A program made the translations under genes and the position numbers. From the NCBI GenBank assembly GCA_976226885.1, contig OZ320323.1:10292001-10356000 (forward strand): a DNA stretch of 64,000 nt. The letters are read 5' to 3'. The notes below the pieces were generated by a model. That model searched no databases and was not told the DNA's origin. It saw nothing but the letters and a program-made list of their open reading frames with translations. Positions within the stretch are counted from its first letter, which is position 1, and each line of letters opens with the position of its first letter. The DNA is from Iphione sp. A-MEVVRFRX5 (lineage: Eukaryota). Positions 48,756-62,500 of this stretch are shown in pieces.

Positions 48756-51700
48756 TTGGTGTGGCAGAGAACGAGCTACTACTAGATTACGGGCAGTAAA
48801 AAAAGACTGGATTATCTCCCACCGACCATTGGTGTTGAAATTTTAATAGCGCGTGCAGGATGATACATTGGAATTCGAGACAAAGGATTAAAAACCGGTT
48901 CACGAGGGCATTAACACTGCCTGGGTGTTAGATGGATACTCTACACTGCCATCAGCGGTAGGAGATCAATCAAGCATCAGAGAACAGACTTCGATAAATA
49001 ATAGATCGGCTTGTTATAAGCAGTGGTGTTCTGTCTTCCCGGAGAAGGGAAGGTACGTCAAATCTATAGAAGAGGAATTGACAGAAAGCAATATCTACGT
49101 CAGTAAACGTTCAAACCGGCAAACAGCACGCCAAATATCCGGATTTTCCACTTTACTATACACGTTCTGTAGGCATACGTGATTTTTCCCCTCTGTTCAA
49201 TGTAAAGCCGGACTCCCCACTTAACAATAGATCCTCACGTGATCTGGTTACCGGTGACGTAGAGCTGACCGTATTGTCTATTAGATCGATTACTTTTACT
49301 TTTCAAGGACGTTCATGCCTGGAACTATCCTCTTCTAGAAACTTTACCTTTTTAGAGCTCCTAGGATATTTACTCCTTGGAACATTCTCCTGTGGAAAAT
49401 GCCCTCTTGTAGAAAACATCAACCTTTTAACTTCCTTCCCTTGAACTTACGAACCTTGGGATCATTTACTCTACTAACGTTTCTTTCTAAAACAAGGGCA
49501 CGGGAAGCCCTAGAAGACAAGGGAAAATCCTCAGTAGAGGACAAGAACAGACAATGGAGAAGAAGGGTATAGAAGTAGACAGTAGGAGAAATATTTGGTA
49601 GAGAACAAAGACAAATACTGAAGGACCAGGATAGGTGTAGTAGAGAGCAGAAGGAAATGTTCTGTGCACGACAAAATGGAACATTGTTGTTTTATATGGA
49701 TGAATAGAAATGAAGTATTTTCAAGAAGCAAGAATGTTTATTGTATAATGATCACTAATAAGAATGAGAGATACAGTGTATTACAATAAGCCAATCTCTA
49801 GTACCGTGCATATGGGAGCTGGAGCAATCTTTGCTGCATTGCACAAGATAGTACAGTGACCAATATGTTACGATCTGAACCCCTTTGGAGAGAAGTCTGT
49901 CCAGCTATACCTTGTTACTGGTAGTAGAGGGAAAATTAGTAGAATAGAGATATTCCTTCTGTAAAACGTCATGTGGTTTTCTCTTAACGTTATTCTACAT
50001 TTCCGTCTCTTTTTAGACAGTTACATTCCCTTAGAATATGTCCCTATACGTTATATCTTCGTTTCGTTTCCTATTACTATACTATCTATATTGCAATCAG
50101 TGTATCCTTTTTTCTCTTAATATATGTACATATATATCTATTTCCCTCACTATGCAATCCCTTCTATTCACATAGTATCTTTAAGTTTACCTTATATCTT
50201 TTATTTTGTGTCCATCTGTCTTATTCTGCATCTGTATTCCCGTGTATCCTTTGGATTTTCTTTCTGTGTAATGTATCATTTTCGCATGCTGAAGTAAAGC
50301 GGTAGGGTAAAAGAAGAAGTAAGTACCAAATGAATGAGGTTCGTATATTGCAGCAAGATGTAAAAGTTTTACTGTAGAGAGAAGCAAAGAGCCAATAAGC
50401 GAAAGCAACAAAAGGCTCCTTGGGGGATAATTCAGAGCTTGGAAAAACATTAAGCAACACAAGACAAAGTTTTTTTTAACTCATTGTTGTCAGGTGAATG
50501 ATTATTTTGATCTTTTTAAAAATGACCAAAAGGACCACCTGAAGAAGTTGGGATATTGACACTTAGTAATCTTCTATTTGAAGGCGTGGACACAGCTTAC
50601 ATCAGTTTAAAGCTCCTCTGGGAAATTGCAATCAGTCTGCCGATAATACTTGACCGACATGGATCAGGCTCAGCTTACAATTAAGGCAGATTACATCATG
50701 GCTGCCAAAGTCCAAATGAATGATGGCTCGAAGTACGGATGGATGCTCGGCGCCGGACCGGTCTTGAAATGACTGCTTTTGAAATGAAAATGAACGTTGC
50801 CGCACCACAAAATGTCCTCCCTGGGTGTTTGTTAACATTGTAGGCTAAAAAATACCCCAGTTCATTAGATATACTGATTTATATTTAATATCATCATACA
50901 TTTGAGTGATACTGTTTAAAGAATGAGACACTGCTAAATGACTATTTTGGGTTACCTGTAGCATAGACTACCTGGTAGACTAGTCATTCACACACTACAG
51001 CTAGTAGACCCATCACTTTCTTATCATATCAGCAACACTATAACATCATGCCAACATGAAATTCACCATTTAAACCTCATCTTTTAGCTACTTTCTGCTC
51101 TTCAGGATTAAATGAGCATCATTGAATTGTCAAAGAACCGTGAGAATCCATTTAGAGCATTGGGGAAGAAAACAGTAACATTTCCTACTAAATGATACTC
51201 GGTGGGTCTATTGATGCTACAAGGCTGAGTTCGGTTGGAACTGTAAAACCTGTGATGCTTTGAATGTGGGGAAACCACCATGATGTATACTAAAATAAAA
51301 ATGAAATATGGTAATGAGCTGACGTCTCATCAGGTTTCCCTGTCGTGCTGATAGGTGGACCATGTTCTAATTCTCAGTTCCAACATGGATGGTCTGATAG
51401 CAGTTGTCTGGCGTTAGGTTCCGATTTTATACTTTGGAATGGGAGTATCAAATTATTAGGTTTATCATATGCATGATGTTATGTAAGCCACTAGGGCACT
51501 GACTGTATATAAAGACCGGAATTTTATGAAAAAACAGAGATTCTCTCACTGTTCATGGAGAGGGTTTCACCCAGCAGAGTTCTGCACTTGGAGAGAACCA
51601 GACTTACTGTGGGGACATTGGTTATTTCAATCGCTTCAGCACCAAAGTATGGCTCATCAGACCGGTAGTAGTATATACGTTGATTTTGCACCGCTCAGAA

Positions 51701-52579
51701 TTACTATGAAATAAAGAGAGTTTCTGAAATCTTGTGTTTGACAATAGCCACATCACTGTACTTTTAGCTGATGCATCGAAACCTCGTTCAAAAATGGAAA
51801 GCCCCGTATGAGCTCTTCTACGCAGCTCTTAAAAACATTAATCCCGAGGCTATATACATCAGAAACCGAGCTGCTATCTAGAAATATCCCGTCCGTCAGC
51901 AGCTGCAATAGCATACGTTGTTAGGAATAGTAACAGGGACATATGTTTATCATTATTTAAGACTTACTTCCTACCAAATGTTTGAATATGGAGTTGGTCT
52001 AACTACCAAATCACGGCAATCCACTCTTTCTGAAACTCAGCAACCAGATCAGAAAAGCCTTAAAGATTGATCAATGAGACTTACTATGACCTCTAACATG
52101 TTAGGCAACCCATGGGGAATGGTCAGAGGACAATTTCACTTGAAAAACCGGAAATCACAGACATAAACAGTCATTATCCAATATGGTTAGTGTATTTTCT
52201 AAGCAGATTGATAAAAACTCCTTCAAAAGGTAACATAAAAATTAGCACCCAAACCTTAGAATTTCTATCCTCTCAGCTAATTTACGATGTTAAGACTGTG
52301 ACTAACTTTCACGTCAAAAGGTCTCGATAACCCTTCACTTACTGGAGGTTCGGCTAAAGATGCCTTGAATTCATGAAAATGTGGCAAATATTTCTGGAGG
52401 TCATGTTAAAGATGTATTTAATTCATGAAAATATTAGAAATAAATAGGGGGGTGTGGGGGGTCTCCCCCACATCAACAAATTTATGAAGGTAAATTCCAT
52501 TGGTAAATGGAACACATATAAACATGCTTTATCTTTAACACTGCAATTAATCCAAGAAATATTGTTCAGTCTTTGTGCA

Positions 52580-52930
52580 GCCTCTGTGGAGCAGTGGGTA
52601 GGAGCGTTGACTGAACATTGACAATGTATGGAGACCCAGCTCATTCTGCAGACCAATGTTCGAATCCCCACCCATCCTAGACATATTTCATCAGAGGAGT
52701 AGAAAACAGCAATACAGTCCTTCTCAGAACAGCGAATCAACAGGACGATTAGTATTAGATAAAGTCCGAAGCCACAGGATTACATACTATAATGTCCGAG
52801 GTTGCAGCAGCAACAAGGACATTATAGGATACATAATCTAACACGAAGAAATGATTTACGGCTGTCTGTATACTAGTTTTGCACAGAGCGTCAGTCAACA
52901 TGAACCATAGCAGGCATCTATAATGGGATA
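52580..52930 (+). mobile_element. tRNA-derived SINE (3' end uncertain)
   Basis: A-box-like tggagcagtgg (52587-52597) and B-box gttcgaatccc (52658-52668) with a ~60-nt spacing. No cloverleaf evident. Confidence 0.55.
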
Positions 52931-53318
52931 GTACTGCCAGGATGAAAAGCAAGGTAGAAGGACTAATTATGATTAATTGTAGCCCAGTGCATTCTATTAA
53001 ATCTCCATGAATGAGGAAGGTCTATTGTTGCAACAGGTAACGAGAAAATAAATCAGAAGGGACGTAACTACTCCGTTAGCGATGGAACAAATCGGTGAAT
53101 AGTTATTGACAAATAAACTGTGTATTACACATCGAGTACTAAAGTTTATTTACTATATGTACATGGAAAATGGGCTGTATTATCAGCTGACAAATCCATG
53201 TACGGTATTTCACACGTGCAATGCAACCCATGTTGTATCATGATATATTGGGGAAGTGACATCACCTGACAGCAATAAAGTGTTGTCAGTTCCCACGTTT
53301 TCGAATTATAAGGTATTA

Positions 53319-53958
53319 GGCTCGGTTTCCTTACGTGCGGTGGTATGCATGTGCGTGACCTGCGGTGAATTATGTCATTATTGATCTATAGGCAAACAGT
53401 TGGTTGGTTTCCATACGTGCAGTGACCTGCGGTGACCTGCAGTGACCTGCGGTGACCTGCAGTGACCTGTGGTGACCTGCGGTGACCTGCAGTGACCTGC
53501 AGTGACCTGCGTTGCCTGTTTTCGGTCCCTTCTCGTAAATTTGCTGCAAACGCACGGCAATGCACAGCAACGCACTGGTATTTCCTCATTTTGACTGACT
53601 TTGACTGAATTTGACTGACTTTTGACTGTGGATACCGCACATTTCCGCACAATGCTTTTTTTCCTCCTGAATTTTTCCGCATATTTTTGCCATTTTCCGG
53701 CCGATTTTCCATGAAATTTGTCATTTTTCAGGCTGTTTTTCATGAAATAAGCTGTTGTTCGGGCTGATTTCCATGGAATTGCCATTTATCAGTGATTTTT
53801 TTGCCGTTTTTCATAGTTTTCTGTCATAAAACGAACAACAACGCACGCATGAATGAGGACACCCCTCTGCGGGAGGGTGTGGGAGGGTGCAAGGAAAAAA
53901 AAGTACCTTGCCGCACCCACATTGTCGCGCACATCACCGCAGGTATGGAAACCGGGCC
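53319..53958. mobile_element. PIF/Harbinger-type MITE, 640 bp, with internal 10-bp tandem repeat
   Basis: TTA duplications at 53316-53318 and 53959-53961. TIR ggc(t/c)cggtttcc(t/a)tac(g/c)tgcggtg. About 9 gtgacctgc(a/g) units at 53420-53512. Confidence 0.88.
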
Positions 53959-56900
53959 TTACATGCTTCTCAGTGGGACATGCAAGCCTCTGAAACATTG
54001 TCACATAGCTGCACAACATGTGTCAAAACATCAGCCTCATGATCACACTTACCACCAATCAAATAGAATGGGATTGCTACGAACTATCCCTCTTGGTGTT
54101 ACTGTCAGTTATAGGATGGGAACAATGTGTGAATAGATTGATGAGAATGGATATCCTCTGCAATAAAACTGATTGTGACTCTAAGTCTGGATTCTAATTT
54201 CAAATGACGATTCTGCAATTATTTCGAATTGACTTGTTACATTCGTTGGTGTTTTGTGAGTCCATCAGGAAATATATAGGCATGTTGTATACTATTGCAA
54301 GCAGGGTACACTAGGCTGTGTAAAAGGAGGAAATCACCCGCATTAAGGTTGCTTAGTCTACTGTGGCCTAAACAAAAATGTTTCAGTTGACCTGACCGAC
54401 CCTGATTTGGGTGTTAATGTAAATTTTTATCTTATTCTTGCTTTATGAATATCTCAGCAATAAATAAAGGTAGAAACTCTTATGATACACCATTGTGTTC
54501 CTTATAATATTAGCTTTCATAAACGTTTCATTAACATCTAATCAACATATAGAACATAATATTACCAGATACATTTGTTGCTTGGAGTATGATTTAACAT
54601 TGAAGAAAGAAAAGATAAAAAATATACCAATAAAAAAATACGTTCGTTCAACATTGAAACAAAATTGGCTTTCATGCTTAAACAAAATAGAAACAATCTG
54701 ATAAGACTGTACCTCATAATCCGCAACCAAGTCCATGTCGCAATGATAGCAGATGACAGTAAAGTTATCCGTGGATGTATTTACCCACAGGAAATTGATG
54801 TTCTTCAATGGCACTCCTAGAGTGGGTGCATGGCCCTTGGGGCAGAAACCTGACGCTCACTTCTCCGTTTATATATCACGGACGTCCATTGTTCATTGAC
54901 CGGGCTCTGCTTAATGCCACATTGTGCCAGGCAGTTTGTACGTATGCTCAACCACTGTAAGACGCCTACTGGGGATGATATGAGGGCAAAGGTGTGTGTG
55001 GGGGGAGGGGAGGGGGGAGAGACAAGGACTACAGCAATTCTACCTTGCTGATCATGTTACATTAATTATCCATCATCATTAAAGGCATTATATTCAACGT
55101 AATTAATTGGTTTTAAGCTACAGCAGTCTATACAGGGGGGGGGGGGATCAGGATGTACCTAATGATGCTTTACGAAGAAGTCAAACCACCATTATGTTTT
55201 TTTTTAAAACTGCTGCTGAATAAAGCTTCACCAAGAATTGGTTCTTTTGTAGTGCTTCACCGGTAATTATTGAATAGCATTTTGTGTAAAATTCAGAAGG
55301 CAGATAATGGTTCACCAAGAATTAAGAGCACCCAGTAACGCTTCACCGAAACACATGTAGTTTCCCCCCCCCCCCACTTCCTGTGCCTATAGGTTCGTGT
55401 TAAGATGTTCCTCATATTCGAAGCATCCCTCTTTAGGTACAGTTTCTTACCAGTCAATTTAAGAACTGTCTGCATTAGTGAGATTTCAATATGCTGGACC
55501 TCCCAGTCAGTTGCTGTTTCCGCTCTAGCCCTGTCCACCATGCTGACTAATTTTTAAAATGAAATACTAATTAGTTAGATCAATTCATCAGTAATTTCAA
55601 TTTCAATTTTCCGTGCTAATCATAACTTGATAGCAACCCCCCCCCCCCCTACGTGGTAAACACATGCATCGCTATATAAGATATCTAGTTCGAATATGAA
55701 ATGTGCCTCGGGACTTTTTCCGTCAGTGTTGCCACCTGGCGGATAATGAAATAATCACTTTCTATCAAATACGTGCCACCTAGTGTCAAAGCTTGGCAGT
55801 AAAAGACGAGCACACGGTCACTCTTCTAGTGATTATACGTTGTTGTGCTGAAAATGCAATAACCTGGAGTGATAAAATTGATCAAAACAGTCATAAAAAT
55901 GTTCTAGTGTGACAATAAATGCCACTTAATAGAAAAGAGCACAGTTTGCAGAATTTGCCGTTCTTTATCATTTGCAATTGTATACATTGTGCATGGCCTG
56001 TCTCAGTCGACGTTTTAAAAAGGCATCTTTGGTCTTAAATCCACGGTTCCTTCCTTAGGAATGTGAGAAAGATAAAAAAAAGTTAGATATGATTAAAAAT
56101 AATTATGCCGATAGGCGGCAGCAGGTGGATAAAATAAAACATTAAAAGCGATCGAAGAACCTGCTTCTCTGTTCGTCATCGTTTTCATTTTCTAAAGAGT
56201 TCCACGTGATCTTCAAAATAGCCAACACCAAGCGCTATGCTAAAATATTGTGAAGTATATGTAGAAGAATCTGTGTCCAGCAAACAGACAACGATAACTT
56301 GCAATGGTAGCACAATGTTATGATTTGGTTACACTGAATACAGCCAAATGCATATTTGTGACCACCACGCCAGTATGAGCTTAAGTGGTCGTATGGTCAC
56401 ATATTGGTCAAAGTTTACATAGGAATTGATACTTCATGGAGGTCCTGTTAGTGAAAATGGTTGAAATTTGGTGTGGTCGCAAATAAGCATTTGAATGTCT
56501 TTCATATTAGGGATCTGGTGGCGGGTTTGTTGTGCAAACATGGTCAGAACATTAATGGACAGCAGTATATAAGACTGTGGCAATGTCAAAATAAAGGTTG
56601 TGGCAACATTATCATAATTATCACCTTGTATTAAGTAACTGTTTGCATGCACAATTACACTTTCGTACCATAGTTGTTTCATTTTCTTATTGTTTTTTTT
56701 TCTTGTCTTATTTTTTCCTTTTCTTAATCAAAATGTTAAATATCTATGTGATTTTTGTGAATGTTACCAAAGTACAAAATGATCAAGTGGCACAAGAGTT
56801 AAGGTGCCATTTGGGCTGAAAATCGAAGTATGTTTAATATACCCCAACATTACTTCAATTCTATTATACCTAATCTATTTTATTTCCTAGTTACGGTGTT

Positions 56901-57102
56901 TCCTGATCATGCCTTGCTTGTTTAATTTCCTGTGGAATTCAGACCCTGGCAAGACCACAAATGACTGATTAATATAAAACATACGAAGAATAGAATAACC
57001 AAGGTATGAAACAGTAAAGGAGTAAAATGATGAAGGAGTGAGGGGCGCTGAGAAGGTACGGCGAGACGTGTTTCCTCTGTCTATGTTTAGAGAGAGTAAT
57101 TA

Positions 57103-57437
57103 GGCCTAATAAAACAGGTTCTATGTTTCCGGTAACCCGACCGACCCTACATTTGAACCATTTGTGACTTTTTATTGTTTTCTTGTTTTTTGAATAACTT
57201 CAGAATGAGTAATGATAGAGATATGTTTTATACACCAAATTACTCCTCAGGTTACTAGCTTTCATATGACATAAGTTTCATCAATATCTAACCAGTTTAA
57301 GTGACATTACCATAGAGATTTGCTGATTTCAGGATCCTTTAATATTGAACAAAAAGAAAAATAAAAAAAATGTGACCTACCAACCGACCCTGTCATTTTC
57401 CTGCTTGTTACCAGAAACACAGAACTTTTTTTAGGCC
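57103..57437. mobile_element. Harbinger-type MITE, 335 bp (ggcctaa termini)
   Basis: tta|ggcctaataaaacaggttctatgtttccggtaac ... gttaccagaaacacagaactttttttaggcc|tta. Confidence 0.88.
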
Positions 57438-58229
57438 TTATTCTGTAATCACTAAAATTATTTAAACACTGTCCTAAGGCCTAATAAAAATATGTGTTTC
57501 AGCGGTTTTTTTTACGCACAATGCACTGTTGTGAATGAAAACTGAATGGATACATGGGCAACCCCCATTAGGCAGGTTTCACGTGTATCCTGTATGTTTC
57601 CACAGTGTATTGTGTGTTGTGTGTGTACAAGCCTCCCATAGAGGAGCGTAATGATGTGATACCAGATGCAAATCAGAGACTTCCCCCCACAATGCTTTTC
57701 TGTGGAAGAACGCATCTGTTTGCATGATAACCCATCCTAGATGGGTACAGAGAAATGCAAATAGAAGCATTAAGCTATCACGAGTATGCTAGTGGAAGCA
57801 CGTGAAAGATCTAGATGAAAAGCTACGGTATCGGTTTCCAATACGCATCCGTTGCAAATGGATGCATGTGAAATCTGCCTAAAGCAAGATGACACCCATT
57901 GGAGGATGAAGCACGGCTGGAGTGGGGTTGAAGTGAGCTGATCGCTGAACATTGAAGTAACAGGTAGCGCCCACATAACTTTTAATAGATTGCGACATTG
58001 TCCAAATTTTAAGTGATCTGATTGGCTGATTCCCATTATGACATCATAAATGATAAAAAGTAAGTGTGCATGTCCCGTTTCTTCAACTGTCAGCGATAGG
58101 TCCATTGGGCAACTGAGATGGTGTCCGCCAAGAGCAATAGGTGGCTTGGAAAGTCTGTTTTTGCTCTCTGTGATGGCTACAATAGCGAAAAGAACATACT
58201 TGCACTGCTTTAGTCTATTTGACCTACAG

Positions 58230-58552
58230 GGCTAGCCCCCCACAAATATATATGTTTCCGATAACAGTTTAAAAATCTATAGGGGCATTTGTTTTTGTTT
58301 TGTTTTTCACTGTTTAATGAATCCTAGAAACAGCAAATGTATTTGTTCAAGCCTGAAAATACAACTTTCCCTGCTTGGATCTTCATGAAATTGATATCAT
58401 ATGAAAGCTAGTGTCCTAAGAACAAAAGTGATATATTGAACAAGTCTCTAGCATTCATTCTGAATATATTCACAAAGGAATAATAAAAAAAGGTTCCAAT
58501 GGGCCAAAAGGTCTGTCGGGTTGCTGGAAACACAGATATCTTTTTTTAGGCC
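58230..58552. mobile_element. Inverted, diverged copy of the 57103 MITE family
   Basis: The interior (tcatatgaaagctagt...cattctgaa...gtcgggtt) matches the reverse complement of 57130-57290. Right terminus ttaggcc; left end degenerate. Confidence 0.75.
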
Positions 58553-58949
58553 TTAGGACAGTGTTTAAAACATTTTCATAGCAGCAAGGGTGGTAACTAG
58601 CAAGTTAGGGGTTTATTCCGCAGGCAAAGTGAATATGAAGTACAAACAGCTCTTACATTGAGAAATATAAGCCATATAAAGTGTTCTAAAAGACGTGTCC
58701 TACTCACTACAACAGCTACATATACGTCATGGACATGGAAGGACACTGTCAATGAAATAAAATGATCATCATCATGCAGTCCCCAGCTCAATTACCAAAC
58801 CATCTCCAGCGAAGGCGACAGGAGGCAGGCATTGTAATGGTAACAAGACCTGATGGATCCACCATGGTGCAAAACTACGGCGAAGTTGACCTCTCTTCTC
58901 CTAGAAGTGGACGTACATAGTACATACATCGACATACAATGTCGTAAGC

Positions 58950-59560
58950 AGAAAGGCTTTTAGTCGTAGTCTTGCAACCAAATATCAACCCTCTCGGCCG
59001 CCATCTTGTGGAACTACTTTTGACGGGTCTTTTCTTAAAACGAGCAAACGTCATTGGGCGAACCGATAAGAGGAAAGGGTCATTTGGGAAACTGATGCGG
59101 AAGAGATACATAAAAAGGTCGAGGGAGAGAGATAATGTCGAAGTACTGAATTAATCGTGACAGGAGGCGGTCTAGGTAATGATAATACTCTCCCGTTATG
59201 TACTAATTCGCCTGATCTGACTTTTAGAAAAACAGGACGCGTTAGAAATCGTTTACAGAGAAAAGTCCTCTTCAGAATCGACTCCCAAGGAAACTATCCC
59301 TACTCATCTGGCCGCATTGCCTCCTCCAATAACTTTGAAATCTCTAGATTTCCGTTCTAATCACGTGGTATGGTCCCTGTTCCCAGATGTCATCAGATCT
59401 CGTGTCACGTGACCTCACAGCGTGAAATTGGATGGAGACGTTATGCGTACGGCGAGAAAACGCGAGATCTGCGCACAAGGATCAAAGCAGCGAGTTGGCT
59501 TTATTTCTTCCTTGATCAGGGCAAGCAGCGTCCCTCGATGCTGACATCTGGTGGCAGTCT
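58950..59560. promoter_or_regulatory. CpG-rich promoter-like region (YY1-type and E-box/CLEAR-type motifs)
   Basis: gccgccatctt (AAGATGGCGGC on minus) at 58997-59007; palindrome gtcacgtgac at 59404-59413; locally high CpG density. The associated gene was not identified. Confidence 0.45.
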
Positions 59561-62500
59561 TGTACTTTCTCGTTTTTCAGTGAAACCTTTTTGACAGGAG
59601 AGCAACCTTTCAGAGAAAAACACATAATTACAAGTATGGGGGGGGGCGGGAAGCAAACATGGGGGGATGAACATTAAGACAAAAATAACGTTGAGCGATG
59701 TCTTAAATACAAGGACAAAATCCCAGGAAATCATTCTTTTATTAGCTGCATGACGTCCGTCTGCAAGGAAACTAATGTTATTGTAGTAAAGTTTCTTTCC
59801 GGTACAAATCAAGCGTTTTTACTGCGTTCTTTGTTTGCCGGACAAGCCATCATGCTGTAATATGTGTCATCATTTATCTCTCTATACCTGCAGGTTTTTT
59901 TTTTCAGACAAACACTTGAAAGATTTTATTAAATTCCTCCCTGTTATACGTTTGCGTTTCAGCTCTTCAATATTTTACGGTAGAGTTAACAGAGAATCCA
60001 TACGAATCATCCTGCGGACTCGTTAGTCGTCTAGCAATGTAATGCCATAAGTTTGCATTTGTCTATATTGAAATGTGGTCTTAGCTGCCATGGATTCAAG
60101 GGACATGGAGAGATCTGGGAATGTGTGTGGGACTATATAACCAGTTCAATCTTGGTTTTTACTCGTAACCTTTTTTTTATTCTTCACGGAGTTAAGATAA
60201 ACGGCAACGACAGGGTAATTTGTAGGGTAATTTTCTCAATTCATTACTGGTTTTAATTTCCTTTCTGCTTGAACGCCAAAAATCAATTCAGCGATACGAG
60301 CTCTGACCATGGAGGGTGGGGGGGGGGGTGGGGGTTATAGCAGGGGGGGGGGGGGTTGGGACTCTTATTTATTGATGTCGGCGAATGTCTGCATGTTCAT
60401 GGATTGGTGACGCAGGCTTCTCAATGACTCCCACAATGCAATGTTTTCTTTTTCCCGTCTAGTTCCCTTTTTTCACCCCAGGAAATATGAGCACCACCCA
60501 TCATCGTCTTCATAATGTATTCCCTTTCTCTAAAGGACCGTTTCCTCCATACGGTTCCTTTTTTGTTGAACAAGAAAAAAAAGGGGGGGGGGGAACAAAA
60601 CTCGGGCGTATAGGAAGGTCCGTTCTGAAGATTGATGTCATATTTGCAACTAATCAGCATCAACATAAGTAAGATGATCCTAAGTGTATATCGAACCAAC
60701 ATCAATTAACGTCGGAAAGTAAATGATCCCCAAATTATAGTTGAAATGAAAACTGGCAGAGTTAATTCTAAGTTTATAACTGATTAACACCTATGGCAAT
60801 AGGGAAGATAAGACTTTTTGACTAACAACGTAGCCCCATTATCATATTCTGAACAGTGTATAAGTGAGAGTACAGTTCTCATGTAACATGGTGCCTGTGT
60901 TAGCGGTGATTCTTATTCCTGTAAAGTAACTTCATCTGAAAACTAAAACGTCTGAGATAATGTTATATGACAACTGGGATAATGCTTCACAAGCATTATA
61001 CCATAATAAAATAACACCTTTGTTATGGGATAATGTTATCGTTGTAATCATAATTGTCATATATTGGAAAGAGAATTCATTATATAATGTAAAGATAGAA
61101 GCAATGAACCACTGACTGTGTGGATACAATAGCTAGACTATATTACTATCATGGCACTGTTGAGGTACCAATACTAACAATCAGAAGGAGGGGCAGATGG
61201 TAATAAATCATGTAAAGTCAACGTGTGGACATAACAATAAGCAACACTTAATGGAGTTGTTGGAAGGCTGCTAGCAAGGTGTTGACTGGTAACATCCGGC
61301 AGAGTCATATATCATTGGGATTAGGATCCAGGGTCAGGGGTTCATTTGGAAATGGACCAAGAGTGACCCTGGTTTGGAGTCCAGAGGGGAAAGTGTACTC
61401 GAGGGTCATGGCCTATTGGTTTATGATCTTGATTTCTTCCAACTTTGCGGAGAGCTCTGAAGATCTGACTTGTACATGTTTACTCAGCCGAATAAAAGTC
61501 AACTAAACTGGAAACCTGTGTCATCTTGATTTGTGTTACACTCATTCCTGCTTTTAGAACTGTAACTATAATCCTGACCTGAAGGTCGGGTTGATTGGTC
61601 TTTATTTCATTAACACTCACACGATAGCCCCATTGAAACAGATGTAAAAATAAAGCTGGCGTCAATGTCTTCATAGCAAGATGCATTTGACACCAGTTTT
61701 GCTTCATAACTTGGACTCCTAGGTAAAAATTGTAAATTAACCCCTAACCCTAGGTCACATGTCAACCTGTCGGGATCACGTGCCCATTACTTTGGAGACC
61801 ATATAAATGTACTTCTTTTTGCGGTCTATCTACTCTTAGCTAGTGAACAGGCGTAAGCAGAGTGTCTTTCTGATTACTCTTCAGACACTAAACCCTATGC
61901 CAATAATCATGTATTGTAATAAGGCAAAGCACACACGCTTACGGAGAGGACCCAGCAGCACCTAACATAAACATAAACGTTAATACTTATATCTGTACCC
62001 TGCACAATGAATTACAACCTTTCCTAATAGACTTATTCTATTAACTTCATCATATCTAAAACCCGAACTGCTTTACATTAAATGGAAATTTTATCTTTCT
62101 TATTGTGTTAGATCATCATCCATATAGACATATCCAACCTGCTTAAACATGGACGCGAGGGAATATGACGATCTGCGCAGATAAACGTTCATCCTATCAT
62201 GTACATTGTATATAGGTATCAATTATCGCCCAGTTCTCTCCAGGGTCGACAGCAAGTTCTCAGCCACCCTCCAAGGATCACACCAGCTTGTCTCTCACAC
62301 CTGCCTTTTGACATTCCCACACTTGTCATGAGTCGTCTGAATTATCTAAGAGGCAGATAAAAACGGGGGGCGTGTATTAAATGGGAGTAACCTAATATGT
62401 TGTCTAAACTGTCTCCCGGTTGTATGCAGTACCGCGCCCATCCATGACCTCGGCCGGGTGGTTTTGAAGGGCGTTATAAATGTGTGGGGTCGTGAAAAGA

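Noticed and set aside
52580-52680. Possible tRNA gene
   Set aside because: The A-B box spacing is too long and there is no acceptor stem or cloverleaf; treated as a SINE head.
61738-61752. taacccctaaccct telomere-like motif
   Set aside because: Only two imperfect units; expected by chance.
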